NCBI GenBank assembly: GCA_044226625.1
Contig: JBGAGQ010000013.1
Span: 53,288-117,287, forward strand
Source: Thermoanaerobaculia bacterium
GTDB lineage: Bacteria > Acidobacteriota > Thermoanaerobaculia > Multivoradales > UBA5704
DNA length: 64,000 bases
Reading direction: 5' to 3'
In this document: positions 1 to 9,593 of the stretch, piece by piece
Position numbering within the stretch: position 1 is the first letter of the stretch
How the letters are laid out: every line of letters starts with the position of its first letter
Translations under genes and position numbers: made by a program
The notes under the pieces: generated by a model
The model's input: the letters and a program-made list of their open reading frames with translations, nothing else
Told to the model about the DNA's origin: nothing
The model's database searches: none

Positions 1-2
1 CC

Positions 3-830
3 CGGGCGGAGGTGAAGAACCTCAATTCGTTTCGCAACCTCGCTCGGGCGATCGAGTTCGAGATCTCGCGGCAGATCGTGGTGATCGAGAGGGGCGGGCG
101 GGTGGTCCAGGAAACCCGCAGCTTCGATGCCGATCGAGGCGTGACCCGCACCCTTCGAAGCAAAGAAGAGGCGCACGACTATCGCTATTTCCCTGAGCCC
201 GACCTGCCTCCCCTGGTCATCGACGAGGATCGTCGGAAGGTGCTGATCGCGACGCTCCCCGAGCTTCCCTGGGCCCGCCGCGCGCGTCTTTCGGAACAGT
301 ACGCCTTGCCCGTCGCCGACGCCGAGCTACTCTCCGGCTCGCGCGAGCTTGCCGATTACTACGAGGCGGCCGTTGCGGCACTTCCCGAGGAGATTCGCGA
401 CCAGGGAGCGAAACCGGTCGCCAATTGGGTGATGGGGGAGGTCCTGCGCGAGCTCAAGGAACGCAAAGAGGGGCCCGAGCGCGCCATCGAGCCGGAACGG
501 CTCGCGGGCCTGGTCGCCGCGATCGAAGCCGGGAAGGTCTCTTCCACCGCGGCCAAGGAAGTGTTCGCGGCGATCTGGGAGAGCGGCGAGGAGCCTCTCG
601 CGGCGATCGACCGGCTCGGGCTCGGCCAGGTTTCGGATTCCGGCCAGATCGAGCTCTGGGTGCGTGAGGTGCTTGCCGAGTTCCCGGCCCAGGTGGCCCA
701 GTTGCGCGGAGGCAAGCAGCAAGTCCTCGGCTTTCTCGTCGGCCAGGTGATGAAGCGGTCGGCCGGGCGCGCCCAGCCGCCGGCCGTCCAGCAGGCGATG
801 CGCAGGGAGCTGGGCCTTCCCGAGGGCTGA
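3..830 (+). CDS. gatB: Asp-tRNA(Asn)/Glu-tRNA(Gln) amidotransferase subunit B, 5'-truncated by the window
   Basis: Motifs EVKNLNSF, QETRSFD, RSKEEAHDYRYFPEPDLP and C-terminal GFLVGQVMK. The frame is open to the window edge. Confidence 0.97.
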   Translation, partial: RAEVKNLNSFRNLARAIEFEISRQIVVIERGGRVVQETRSFDADRGVTRTLRSKEEAHDYRYFPEPDLPPLVIDEDRRKVLIATLPELPWARRARLSEQYALPVADAELLSGSRELADYYEAAVAALPEEIRDQGAKPVANWVMGEVLRELKERKEGPERAIEPERLAGLVAAIEAGKVSSTAAKEVFAAIWESGEEPLAAIDRLGLGQVSDSGQIELWVREVLAEFPAQVAQLRGGKQQVLGFLVGQVMKRSAGRAQPPAVQQAMRRELGLPEG

Positions 831-834
831 GTCT

Positions 835-1725
835 CTGATCCAGCTATTCCACGTCGCGAAGAACTATCCGGGAGGACAGGCCGCTCTATCGGACCTGACC
901 TTCGAGATTGCGCGCGGCCAATTCGTTTTCTTGACCGGCGCGAGCGGCGCGGGGAAGACCACGCTTCTTCGTCTCATTTTTCGCGAAGAGGTCCCCACCT
1001 CCGGCCAGATCCTCGTCAACGGGCGCAACGTCGCGTCGATTCCGCAGCGGAAGATCCCCTACCTCCGGCGCACGATGGGGGTGGTGTTTCAGGACTTCCG
1101 ACTCATCGCGCGGAAGACGGTGTTCGAAAACGTCAGCTACTTGCCTCGCCTGCTGGGGGTCGATCTGCGCGGGAGGAAGAAGCTCGCCTATAACGCCTTG
1201 CGGCGCGTGGGCCTCGCGCACCGCATGAACGCCTTTCCTCCTGAGCTCTCGGGTGGCGAACAACAGCGGGTGGCGATCGCGCGAGCGCTGATCAACGAGC
1301 CCGACATCCTGATCGCGGACGAGCCGACCGGCAATCTCGATCCCGATCTCGCGCGGGAAATCCTGCGCCTGTTCCTGAAGGTCAACCAGAGAGGCACGAC
1401 CGTGCTGCTCGCCACCCACGACCGCGACATGATCCATCGGGTGGGAGGCCGGGTCCTCACGCTCGACCGAGGGCGCCTGATCGCGGACCGTGAGGTCGTG
1501 GGAATCGAGAAGCCGGAAATTCGACTCGAGGACGACGAGAAAGAACTGGAGAATGAAGGGGAGGACGCGCCGCCGCGGGCTCCCGAACCCGGATTGGATC
1601 GCGCCGCGGCGGCAGAAATGGGCGGCGCGATCGGAAACCCGGTGGAAGAGCCCGGTGGAAACCTGACGGACTCGCCGGACGAGCTCGCCGCCAGGGTGTC
1701 CGACCGACCCGAGGAGGACGCGTGA
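835..1725 (+). CDS. ftsE: Cell division ABC ATPase FtsE (probable CTG start)
   Basis: GASGAGKT Walker [25 protein letters not shown] and DEPTGNLD. The typical N-terminus (M)[10 protein letters not shown] begins at in-frame CTG 835. Overlaps ftsX (GTGA). Confidence 0.92.
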   Translation: MIQLFHVAKNYPGGQAALSDLTFEIARGQFVFLTGASGAGKTTLLRLIFREEVPTSGQILVNGRNVASIPQRKIPYLRRTMGVVFQDFRLIARKTVFENVSYLPRLLGVDLRGRKKLAYNALRRVGLAHRMNAFPPELSGGEQQRVAIARALINEPDILIADEPTGNLDPDLAREILRLFLKVNQRGTTVLLATHDRDMIHRVGGRVLTLDRGRLIADREVVGIEKPEIRLEDDEKELENEGEDAPPRAPEPGLDRAAAAEMGGAIGNPVEEPGGNLTDSPDELAARVSDRPEEDA

Positions 1726-2621
1726 GCTTTCTCCAGGCGCTCCGAACGTTTTTCCGCGATGCCACGGTCAATCTGGTCCGAGGCTGGAAGGTGAGCCTCG
1801 TGGCGGTGCTCACGATCGCCGTGAGCCTGTTTCTGTCCGGCGTTTTCCTTCTGGCCAGCCGTAACCTCGCACGGAGCGTCGAGCGCTGGCAGCGAGAGGC
1901 TCGAGTGGTCGTCTATCTCTCGCCACAGGCCGGGGCACCCGAGCTCGCGTCCTGGGTCCGGCGCGCCGCCGCCGAGCCGTGGGCGAAAGCGGTCCATCCG
2001 ATCGATCGGCAGAAGGCCCAGGAACGATTTCGGTCGATGTTCCCTAGCCTTGCCGATCTGGTTTCCGGGGGCTCGGAGGAGCCGCTGCCCGTTTCGATCG
2101 AAATCGAGGTCGAGGCGGCGGCACGCGGCTCACGGGAGAAGACCGCGGCGCTCGCCGCTTGGCGTGGCGCTCCCGGCGTAACGTTCGTCGACGACGACCG
2201 CGAGTGGCTGGCCCAAGTGGCGGGTCTGGTCGCCGTGATCCGCGGTGTGGGTTTGGTTCTCGGCCTCGTCCTCCTCGGCGCCGCGGTCTTCACGATCGGA
2301 AGCGTCATCCGCCTCGCGGCGTTCCTTCATGCTGAAGAGATCTCGATTCTCCGTCTCGTCGGCGCGACCGAGTTCTACATTCGCGGACCTTTCTATGCCG
2401 AGGGTCTGCTCCAGGGGACGTTGGGCGGCCTCCTCGCTGCCGGCGGGCTCTTCGGTTCTTGGCTCTTGATCCGACAGAAAGCGCAGGGAGCTTTGGTTCC
2501 GTCTCTCCTCGCCGCCGACTTCCTGGCCCCCGACCAACTCGTCGCTCTCGTGCTGCTCGGCTCCGCCGCGGGTTTGATCGGCGCGGTCACTTCGCTTCGG
2601 GGCGAGACGTTGCGTACCTGA
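1722..2621 (+). CDS. ftsX: Cell division permease FtsX
   Basis: Four-TM layout, [23 protein letters not shown] motif, directly follows ftsE. Confidence 0.92.
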   Translation: MSFLQALRTFFRDATVNLVRGWKVSLVAVLTIAVSLFLSGVFLLASRNLARSVERWQREARVVVYLSPQAGAPELASWVRRAAAEPWAKAVHPIDRQKAQERFRSMFPSLADLVSGGSEEPLPVSIEIEVEAAARGSREKTAALAAWRGAPGVTFVDDDREWLAQVAGLVAVIRGVGLVLGLVLLGAAVFTIGSVIRLAAFLHAEEISILRLVGATEFYIRGPFYAEGLLQGTLGGLLAAGGLFGSWLLIRQKAQGALVPSLLAADFLAPDQLVALVLLGSAAGLIGAVTSLRGETLRT

Positions 2622-2622
2622 G

Positions 2623-2656
2623 AAACAAAAGGGCTCCGCTCAGCGAGCGGAGCCCT
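2623..2656 (-). terminator. Intrinsic terminator of the OmpA-family gene
   Basis: 12-bp stem AGGGCTCCGCTC/GAGCGGAGCCCT followed on the minus strand by a T-rich tract, between convergent genes. Confidence 0.8.
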
Positions 2657-2677
2657 CGTCTTCGACCGGGCGACCGG

Positions 2678-3988
2678 TCAGCCGACCGAGAGGACGACCA
2701 CCGCGCGGCGATCCGACGCCGCGTCGCCGGTCGACTCGGACGAACCCCGTCCCTCCGTCTGGATACGGCTGGGATCGATCCCGTGGCGGGTCACCAGGTA
2801 GCTCTTGACCGCCTGGGCTCGCTGCTCGCTCAAGCGCTGGTTGGCGTCGCTCGAGCCGGACGGGTCGGAGTAGCCGATCACCAGAGCGCGAAGCTCCGGG
2901 TCCTGCTTCATGCGGAGCGCTACCTCATCGAGCTTCGCCTTGGCGATGTTCGAAATGCGAGCGCTACCGGGAGTGAAGTTCACCGTCACTCGCTGTTCCG
3001 GTTTCGGCGCGGGCGCCGGGGGAGGCGGCGGGGGTTGCGGAGCCGGCGGAGTGGGGGCCGGCGGCGGCGGGGCCGGTTCGGGCTCGGGCTCGGGGGCCGG
3101 CGGCGGCGGAGGCGGCGGAGGAGGGGTCGGACGGACGCGGAAGGCGGCCGGCATGTAGGTCAGGCCGACGAGGCCGCCCAGGGGGCAGTGTTCGTCGATC
3201 GAGTCCAGCTGGCCGAGGTCGGTGCGCAAGGCGAAGTTGAACGCCCAGTTCTGCTCTTCGCCGAGCCACAGGCGTCCACCGGAGGTCAGATCGTACGCAT
3301 CTTCCGGCAGTAGACCGTCGCCCGAGTAGCTGTGACCGACGACCTCGGTGATCCAGTCGAGCCGATCCGAAACCCGGCCCGCATAACCGATGCCTCCCGT
3401 GAACTCCCGATCGAGAATGGCGGGCCCGCTGTTGCGCGAGTCGTAGTAGCCCAGATTGAAGACCCAGTTCCGAACGCGCCAGTCGGCACCGACGCCCGCG
3501 CCGACCCGGTCGCTCGCGACCTTGTCATCGCCGGTCGGCGCTTCGATGAATGCGCTCAGCGCGAACGAGGAATCCTCACCCGGCTCGCCGTAGAGGCGGT
3601 ACTTGCCTCCCAGCCGTAGATTGCCGATGCCTGAGTCGTCGAGCCGAAGGCCCGGGAGGTCCCCTTCGTCGAAATCGAAGTCGTCGTAAGGAAGGGACAG
3701 CGCGATTTCGAACCGGTCGGTCACGCCGTAGCCGAGGCTCGCCGAAAGCCGATTCCAATCGAAGCTCAGCTCGTCGTTCCTACGTGTGGGAAAGTCCTTG
3801 ATGTCGATCAACCGATCCCAGTTGTTGTAGTACGTTCCGAAGGACCATTCGCCTCGAGGCAAAGTGTCTCCGGTAAACAAAGTGAAGAGGCCTGTTTCAC
3901 CCGTCGCGGTCGGGGCGTTCGCCTCGATGCCTGCGAACGCCGCGCCGGGAACCAGGCAGAGCGAGAGCCACAGAGCGGCTCGTTTCAT
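2678..3988 (-). CDS. OmpA-family outer membrane protein (barrel-like domain, Pro-rich linker, OmpA_C)
   Basis: Signal peptide, poly-Pro linker, NQRLSEQRAQAVKSYL and DRRAVV peptidoglycan-binding motifs, AAGGAG RBS. Confidence 0.9.
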   Translation of the reverse strand: MKRAALWLSLCLVPGAAFAGIEANAPTATGETGLFTLFTGDTLPRGEWSFGTYYNNWDRLIDIKDFPTRRNDELSFDWNRLSASLGYGVTDRFEIALSLPYDDFDFDEGDLPGLRLDDSGIGNLRLGGKYRLYGEPGEDSSFALSAFIEAPTGDDKVASDRVGAGVGADWRVRNWVFNLGYYDSRNSGPAILDREFTGGIGYAGRVSDRLDWITEVVGHSYSGDGLLPEDAYDLTSGGRLWLGEEQNWAFNFALRTDLGQLDSIDEHCPLGGLVGLTYMPAAFRVRPTPPPPPPPPPAPEPEPEPAPPPPAPTPPAPQPPPPPPAPAPKPEQRVTVNFTPGSARISNIAKAKLDEVALRMKQDPELRALVIGYSDPSGSSDANQRLSEQRAQAVKSYLVTRHGIDPSRIQTEGRGSSESTGDAASDRRAVVVLSVG

Positions 3989-4070
3989 GGGGTTATCTCC
4001 TTGGGGTCGTCTTCGTGGGTTGACTCATCGATGTTAAAGAATGTCCGCGCATGTTGGCAACGCGTACTCT

Positions 4071-4493
4071 TCAGGAGAGCTGCCTTTCATAGCGTCCCGG
4101 CCCCACCCGATGGGTTTGGATGAGGTGAGGATCGATCTCCTCGCCGAGGCCGAGCACGCGCGCTGCGATCCAGGCAATCGTGAGAGTCGGGATCGGACCG
4201 GTGAACGGCAGGAAGGCCTCGAAGGTCGCGACGTTCCGCAGGCCAGGCAAGCGGAGTCGATCGAGGATGATCCACTCGATCGGCGCGGCGAACGAGTCGA
4301 GGCCGAGGTCGAGCAAGTCGAGCCCGACCACCAAGGCCAACGGCACGGCCCGAATCGTGGTGAAAAAATCCGCGTCTTCCGGTACGCGAATCTTCTTGAG
4401 CCGGCGGTAGGCCAAACCGAGGACGAGCACCCCGAGGAGCAACGAGGCGAACATGATCCCACCGACGACGAAGGCGAAGCTTTTGAGCGACAC
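4071..4493 (-). CDS. Small membrane protein, unknown function
   Basis: GGAGGAGG RBS before GTG, hydrophobic segments, coding-like composition. Confidence 0.7.
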   Translation of the reverse strand: MSLKSFAFVVGGIMFASLLLGVLVLGLAYRRLKKIRVPEDADFFTTIRAVPLALVVGLDLLDLGLDSFAAPIEWIILDRLRLPGLRNVATFEAFLPFTGPIPTLTIAWIAARVLGLGEEIDPHLIQTHRVGPGRYERQLS

Positions 4494-4592
4494 CGTCTGA
4501 ACCTCCTCCGTATGAAGCTTTGGAAAGCCGGAAAAATCCGGGCGAGAGAGGATTCAAGCATAAATCGCGCCCGCAGCTGTTCCGGCGGGGAG

Positions 4593-6311
4593 GTGCGGCT
4601 GGGAAGGACCTCCAGAGCGGCGGTGGGATGGCGGGCGATGGCCCTGTCGCTGGGGTTGGGTCTTGCGGCGTGCGGAACCGTCGGAGTGCGCTCCGCGGCC
4701 GCTCCTCACCCCTCGGAGGTGACCGGGCAACGGGCCGATCGATCGGGCCTCTATCTGCTCTACGCCTACCAGGGATTTCTTCGCGACGAGAGCGATGGCT
4801 CGGAGCCGCTCGATAGCTCCCGTTGGGCCAAAGGCGCGCTCGCGGCCGCGGCGCTGGCGAAAGACGGCTTTCCGGGCACCGCCTCCGATGCCGCGAGGTG
4901 GACGGCGGCCGCGCTCGAAGATTGCGGTTCCCAGACCTTCCGCTGCCAGAACACGCAGCTCACGCTGGGGCGCCTCCTGCTCCAATTCCCGGATGTTCTT
5001 CCGCCGGATCTGCGCTCGCGGGTCCGCCTCGCGGTCTCCCGTGGCGCGCCTCCTCCCGGCCCGGACCAGGTGTCCAATCCCTGGCGATTCACCGAAACCG
5101 AAAACCAGCGCGTGGTCGAAGCGGCGCGGAGCGTGGTGGCTGAGAGCGTCGGGGGGAGAGCCGATTCGGCAGCTATGGCAGGGTGGACCGACTATCTGCG
5201 CGCATTTTTTGCCGTTCACGAGCAGCAGGGGTGGTACGAGGCCGAGAGCCCGGGCTATCTGGCGATCTCGATGACCGCCCTGCTGCAAATCGCTGATTTT
5301 GCGCCCGACGAAGAGTTGCGTGCGGCGGCCCGCCGGGAGCTCGATCGGCTGTTCCTCGCCTGGGCGCGCGAGCAGGCGGGTGGGTTTCCCGCCGGGGCGA
5401 AGAGCCGGACCTACGTCCACTGGGCGCTCGGTGCGACCAATACCCCCTGGCAGGCATGGGCCTGGCTGCTCGCCGGAATCGGAGAACCGGAGCGCATTCG
5501 CTTCGTCGACGCGCCGCAGCTCGCGGTGAGCCGCTACCGGCCGCCCTCCCGAGCGGTTCGGGCGCTCGCGACCCGTCGCTTCCTGCCGCCTTACGAGATC
5601 CGCGCCCGGCGCAGTCTGCAGACCGGCCGGCGTCGGCCGCTCGACCTCGCCCGAACCTCTTGGGCGACGCCCGACTATGTGCTCGGCGCCGCGCAATCGA
5701 TCGCCGGGCTCTCGATTGGAATCTCCGGCGGACAGGAGATCGTGGCGGCTCTCTTCCCCGAGGGAGGGGGATTCGCCCCTCTTTACCTGTGGAGCCGGAA
5801 CCGCAACCCCCACGAGGACCGATGGAAGAGCTGGGTCGGCCAGGATTTCGCGGTCGCCTCGAGAAACCGGGTCGTCGCGCGGTTGGGTCGCACCGACTCC
5901 GTTCCGGCTGACCTCGGACACGCCTATCTCGCCCCCGGATGGAGCCGCCCGATTCCCGTCTCGGATTCGGTCGTCGTCGCCCGCCGGGGTCCCGTCTACG
6001 CGGCCCTGGTGACCTCCGGAGGCTGGCGCGTGGCACGAGCGGCGGAGCGGTTTCCCGAGTATTTCGGAGGCGATCCTGCGTACTCGCTGGCCTGGGTGGC
6101 GGTGCCCGAACGGCAGCCGGCCGCGATCGCGTTGATCGTGGGAAGGAGGGCCGAGGACGGCGACTTCTCGACGTTCGCCGCGGCGGTCGCCGCGCGCGCG
6201 AGCCTGCGGGTGGTGGGTCGAGAGATCGAGCTGATCGAGGTTGGAGCCGAACGCCTATCCTTTTCGCCCGGAGAATACGCTTATCTCGGTGGACGGTTCC
6301 TCTCGCCCTAG
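4593..6311 (+). CDS. Putative lipoprotein, possibly related to heparinase II/III or polysaccharide-lyase-like proteins
   Basis: Lipobox LAAC after a hydrophobic stretch; motifs TENQ and GWYEAESPGY. Start uncertain (GTG 4593 or ATG 4638). The stop TAG coincides with the repeat at 6308. Confidence 0.6.
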   Translation: MRLGRTSRAAVGWRAMALSLGLGLAACGTVGVRSAAAPHPSEVTGQRADRSGLYLLYAYQGFLRDESDGSEPLDSSRWAKGALAAAALAKDGFPGTASDAARWTAAALEDCGSQTFRCQNTQLTLGRLLLQFPDVLPPDLRSRVRLAVSRGAPPPGPDQVSNPWRFTETENQRVVEAARSVVAESVGGRADSAAMAGWTDYLRAFFAVHEQQGWYEAESPGYLAISMTALLQIADFAPDEELRAAARRELDRLFLAWAREQAGGFPAGAKSRTYVHWALGATNTPWQAWAWLLAGIGEPERIRFVDAPQLAVSRYRPPSRAVRALATRRFLPPYEIRARRSLQTGRRRPLDLARTSWATPDYVLGAAQSIAGLSIGISGGQEIVAALFPEGGGFAPLYLWSRNRNPHEDRWKSWVGQDFAVASRNRVVARLGRTDSVPADLGHAYLAPGWSRPIPVSDSVVVARRGPVYAALVTSGGWRVARAAERFPEYFGGDPAYSLAWVAVPERQPAAIALIVGRRAEDGDFSTFAAAVAARASLRVVGREIELIEVGAERLSFSPGEYAYLGGRFLSP

Positions 6312-6491
6312 CCCGAACTTCTCACCGGGTTTCTGCTGCGGCGGAAAATCTGCCGTCGCCTGCTGCGTTGCGCTAGTTCGGACTCCTCGACGGAGTGTCA
6401 ACTACGCCTACGTCGTCCCCCCTTCGCGCGCCTTGCATTCACCGGCATCTCTTCCGCCTCGCCACGAAACCCGGTGAGAATTTCGGGCTAG
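6308..6491. mobile_element. 184-bp MITE-like palindromic element, copy 1
   Basis: Ends CTAGCCCGAACTTCTCACCGGGTTTC and GAAACCCGGTGAGAATTTCGGGCTAG form inverted repeats. Near-identical to 21150-21333. Confidence 0.85.
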
Positions 6492-6513
6492 GGACCTCGA
6501 CGAAAGGCGAGCG

Positions 6514-6544
6514 AAAAAAAACGGGGCCGCCGAAGCGGCCCCGT
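6514..6544 (-). terminator. Intrinsic terminator of the TonB-dependent receptor gene
   Basis: Stem ACGGGGCCGC/GCGGCCCCGT with a UUCG loop and a U-tract on the minus strand. Confidence 0.9.
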
Positions 6545-6567
6545 CGTTCTTCCGGTCGAGAGAGGGC

Positions 6568-9465
6568 TTAGAACTTCACCCGAACGCCGATCTGGGTAAG
6601 GCGCTGCTCGCCCTGGCCCGGGTCGCCGGCGAAAGCGGTGGCCTGCCGATAGTTGTTCGCCGTCCGCGTACCGTTGAAGCTGGACGGGTTCTTCGAGTTG
6701 GTGACGTTGAACATCTCGGCGAGAAGCTCGATGCCGAAGTGGCCGCCGAAGGTGAACTCTTTGGCGATGCGGATGTCGAGCTGCTTGAACGCGGCGCCGC
6801 GCAGGCTGTTCGGCTTCGAGACACCCGGCGCGAGGTCGAGCCGGAAGCCGTCGCCGTTCAGGTCGAGACCCGAGATGTCGGAGTACGGAAGCGCCGAGCG
6901 ATACCGGAAGGTACCGGCGACGTTGATCCCCCAGGGCGCGCGATAGATGCCGCCCAGCGTGAAGCGGTGACGGGCGTCGGTGTTGAGCGGACCTTCGCAG
7001 ACGCCGCCGCAGATCGGATTGAGCGGGTTGAACGAAACGTCGCGGCCGGCCGTCAGGTCGGGCTGGTGGTCGGTCACCGTGAGACGGAACTCATCAGCGC
7101 CGCCGAGCACGTTCCCCTCGGCCTTCGAATAGGTGTAGAAACCCTGGAACTCGAACTTGCCCTTCGGGTCACGAGCGCGGAAACCGATGTTCGCGCCGCG
7201 GTAGGTCGCCTTGCCGTTGCCGTACCAGATCCGGAAGTTGCTGAACTGGGGGAAGCGGCGCGCGCCGGTCGCCGGATCGCGCGGGTTGGCGCGGAACCGG
7301 AACGGAATGTCCTCGTAGTTGACCGAGACGGCTTCGAAGTTGAATCCGAGCCACTCGTTGGCCTGGAGCGAATAGCCGAGCGAGATCTGGTCGGAGTACG
7401 GGGTTGCGAGCGTCGGCGAAGCGACGTCGTTCTCCGGCGGAATCGCCGCACCCGGCAGCTGGTTCGGCGGCAGCGGCTGCCCGACGCGGTAGAAGGAACC
7501 GTCGGGGTTGCGGATGCCGTTGGGGTTGTTGTTGTTGTAGACCGCGCCGAACCGCGACTGTGCCGCGAGCGCCGGGAAGAGGATCGTGGCGTTGGTGTAC
7601 GGGAAGTCGTAGTAGCGACCGAGACCGCCGCGCAGCAGGTGCTTGCCGTCCGACTTGATGTCCCAGGTGAAGCCGAGGCGCGGCGCCCAGTTGTTGTCGT
7701 CGTTCTCGAGCTTGCCGCCCTTTCCGCCCTGGAAGTCGCGCAGATAGCTCTCGTTGTAACGGGTCTGGCTCGACAGCGTCTGCCAGAGAGTGCTCGAGCG
7801 CTGGTCGAGGTCGAAGCCGTCGTTGTAGTCGTAGCGCAGCCCGAGGTTCAGCGTCAGGTTGTCGCTGAACGACCAGTCATCCTGGAAGTAGACGCCGTAC
7901 TGCTTGATCGGCGTTTTGTTGCCCGAGAAACCGCCGTTGAAAGTGATGTCCGTGACCGGCGAGTTGAGGTCGTCGCGCAGGAGCGAGAACTGCCCGTTCA
8001 GGCCGGTCGAGAAATCGCCGCCCAGGGTCGGCTCGTCGACGTAAGCGACGCCGGTCTTGAAGTCATGGCGCCGTCCGCCGAGCGTGCGCGAGAAGCTGAA
8101 GTCGTCCTTGTACTGGTACTTCGTCTGGTTCGTGGTCTGCGGCGTGTTGATGTTCTGGCCGACCGTAACCCCAGACGGGAAGTACAGGAACGGATCGTTC
8201 GAGTCCGCGGTGATCGAGTTCTGGAACTTGGTGTACTGGAAGACCGCTTCGTTCAAGGAGTCTGCGCCGAGCTGGGCGGTATGGCCGACCAGAATCGACT
8301 TGTAATCGTTGCTCACGGTGCCGAGCGAGCTGGGCGCCGCCAGCGGGTTCTGGCCGTACTTGTCGCTGTTCTGCTGGAAGCCGTAGCGAACCTGAAGGAA
8401 CTGCTTCGGGGTGACGTCCCAGGAGGCTTTGGCCTGGCCGAGCTCGTCCTCGAACGGCACGACGATCGACTGGCCGTCGAGCGTCGGCAAGACGCCGCCG
8501 GTGTTGACCGTGTAGGCGGTATCGCGCTTGGTCTTCTCGTAGGTGGCGAAGAAGTGGGCCTTGTCCTTGATGATCGGCCCGCCGATCGAAGCGCCGTACT
8601 GCTTGCGCTTGTAGGCTTGCTTGCCGGCCCCGGACTGGTTTTCGGTCTCGGTCTCGGAATTCAGGCTCTTGTCGCGGAAGAAGCCATAGGCGCTACCCTG
8701 AAACTGATTCGTGCCCGACTTCGTGACGACCGACAAGACGCCGCCCGTGGTGCGTCCGTACTCGGCCTTGTACTGCTGGGTCTGGATTTTGAACTCCTGT
8801 ACGGACTCGAGCGGGAAGTTCTGGAGCGCGCCGCCGATCGTGTCGTCCGTATTGTCGCCGCCGTCCACAACATAGTTGACGTTACGTCCGAAACCGCCGT
8901 TGAGCTGCACGACCAGCTGGCCCGGTTTGGTGGGGTCCGTGTTGTAGCCGAGTGTGGTGCCCGGAGCGAGGACCGCGAGGTTCGCGAATTGACGGCCGTT
9001 GAGCGGCAGGTTCTGCAGCTCTTCCTGGCTCACCACCGCGCCGATCGCGGGAGTGTTCGAAACCAGGGGCGCCTCGTCGACGACCGTGATCGATTCCTCG
9101 ACCGCGGCCGGCTTGAGCGTGACCGAAAGGTCGCGTTCTGAAGCCACCGAGATCCCGACGTTCTCCACGTTGACCGTCGAGAAGCCGGAAAGCTCGGCGA
9201 CGACTTTGTAGGTTCCGGCCGGCAGGGCCGCGAAGCGGAACGAGCCGTCTTCGCCGGAGACGGTGAGCCGGGAGGAGCCGGTCTCGTTGTTGGTCGCGGT
9301 CACCGAGACGCCCGGCAGCCCTGCGCCGGCTTCGTCGACGATGCGTCCGATCAGGCTGCCCGCGGCCGACTGCGCGCCCGCAGGTGCTGCGAGAACCCCC
9401 AAGAGGGCCGCTACGGCGCAGAGGACGGTAAGCCCACGCCGCAGCAAGTATGCCTTGCCTGTCAT
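6568..9465 (-). CDS. TonB-dependent receptor, Oar-like, with N-terminal carboxypeptidase-regulatory-like domain
   Basis: Signal peptide, LPLNGRQFANLA, SVQEFKIQT, KSGTNQFQGS, DNNWAPRLGFTWD and C-terminal Phe. AAGGAGA RBS before ATG 9465. Confidence 0.93.
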   Translation of the reverse strand: MTGKAYLLRRGLTVLCAVAALLGVLAAPAGAQSAAGSLIGRIVDEAGAGLPGVSVTATNNETGSSRLTVSGEDGSFRFAALPAGTYKVVAELSGFSTVNVENVGISVASERDLSVTLKPAAVEESITVVDEAPLVSNTPAIGAVVSQEELQNLPLNGRQFANLAVLAPGTTLGYNTDPTKPGQLVVQLNGGFGRNVNYVVDGGDNTDDTIGGALQNFPLESVQEFKIQTQQYKAEYGRTTGGVLSVVTKSGTNQFQGSAYGFFRDKSLNSETETENQSGAGKQAYKRKQYGASIGGPIIKDKAHFFATYEKTKRDTAYTVNTGGVLPTLDGQSIVVPFEDELGQAKASWDVTPKQFLQVRYGFQQNSDKYGQNPLAAPSSLGTVSNDYKSILVGHTAQLGADSLNEAVFQYTKFQNSITADSNDPFLYFPSGVTVGQNINTPQTTNQTKYQYKDDFSFSRTLGGRRHDFKTGVAYVDEPTLGGDFSTGLNGQFSLLRDDLNSPVTDITFNGGFSGNKTPIKQYGVYFQDDWSFSDNLTLNLGLRYDYNDGFDLDQRSSTLWQTLSSQTRYNESYLRDFQGGKGGKLENDDNNWAPRLGFTWDIKSDGKHLLRGGLGRYYDFPYTNATILFPALAAQSRFGAVYNNNNPNGIRNPDGSFYRVGQPLPPNQLPGAAIPPENDVASPTLATPYSDQISLGYSLQANEWLGFNFEAVSVNYEDIPFRFRANPRDPATGARRFPQFSNFRIWYGNGKATYRGANIGFRARDPKGKFEFQGFYTYSKAEGNVLGGADEFRLTVTDHQPDLTAGRDVSFNPLNPICGGVCEGPLNTDARHRFTLGGIYRAPWGINVAGTFRYRSALPYSDISGLDLNGDGFRLDLAPGVSKPNSLRGAAFKQLDIRIAKEFTFGGHFGIELLAEMFNVTNSKNPSSFNGTRTANNYRQATAFAGDPGQGEQRLTQIGVRVKF

Positions 9466-9593
9466 CGCTGCAATCTCCTTTGGAAGAACGTCAAGGGACG
9501 TTACTACATAGACTACGCCAACCTGAACGGAGGGTCGAGAGGGCCCGTCCCGCACGGAAAATCCCCCGCGTTCGGTAACTTTTGGAGCCGCTA

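Noticed and set aside
3005-3130. GC-rich tandem-like repeats
   Set aside because: They encode the poly-proline linker of the OmpA protein.
6739-9141. Long antisense or alternate-frame ORFs (e.g. 6739-9141, 18526-21243, 26566-29205, 49444-51528)
   Set aside because: Shadow ORFs of real genes in high-GC DNA; Arg/Gly/Pro-rich with no recognisable motifs.
9505-9522. Sigma54-like TGGCGTAGTCTATGT upstream of the TonB receptor
   Set aside because: Has GT rather than GC at -12, and no paired UAS motif nearby.
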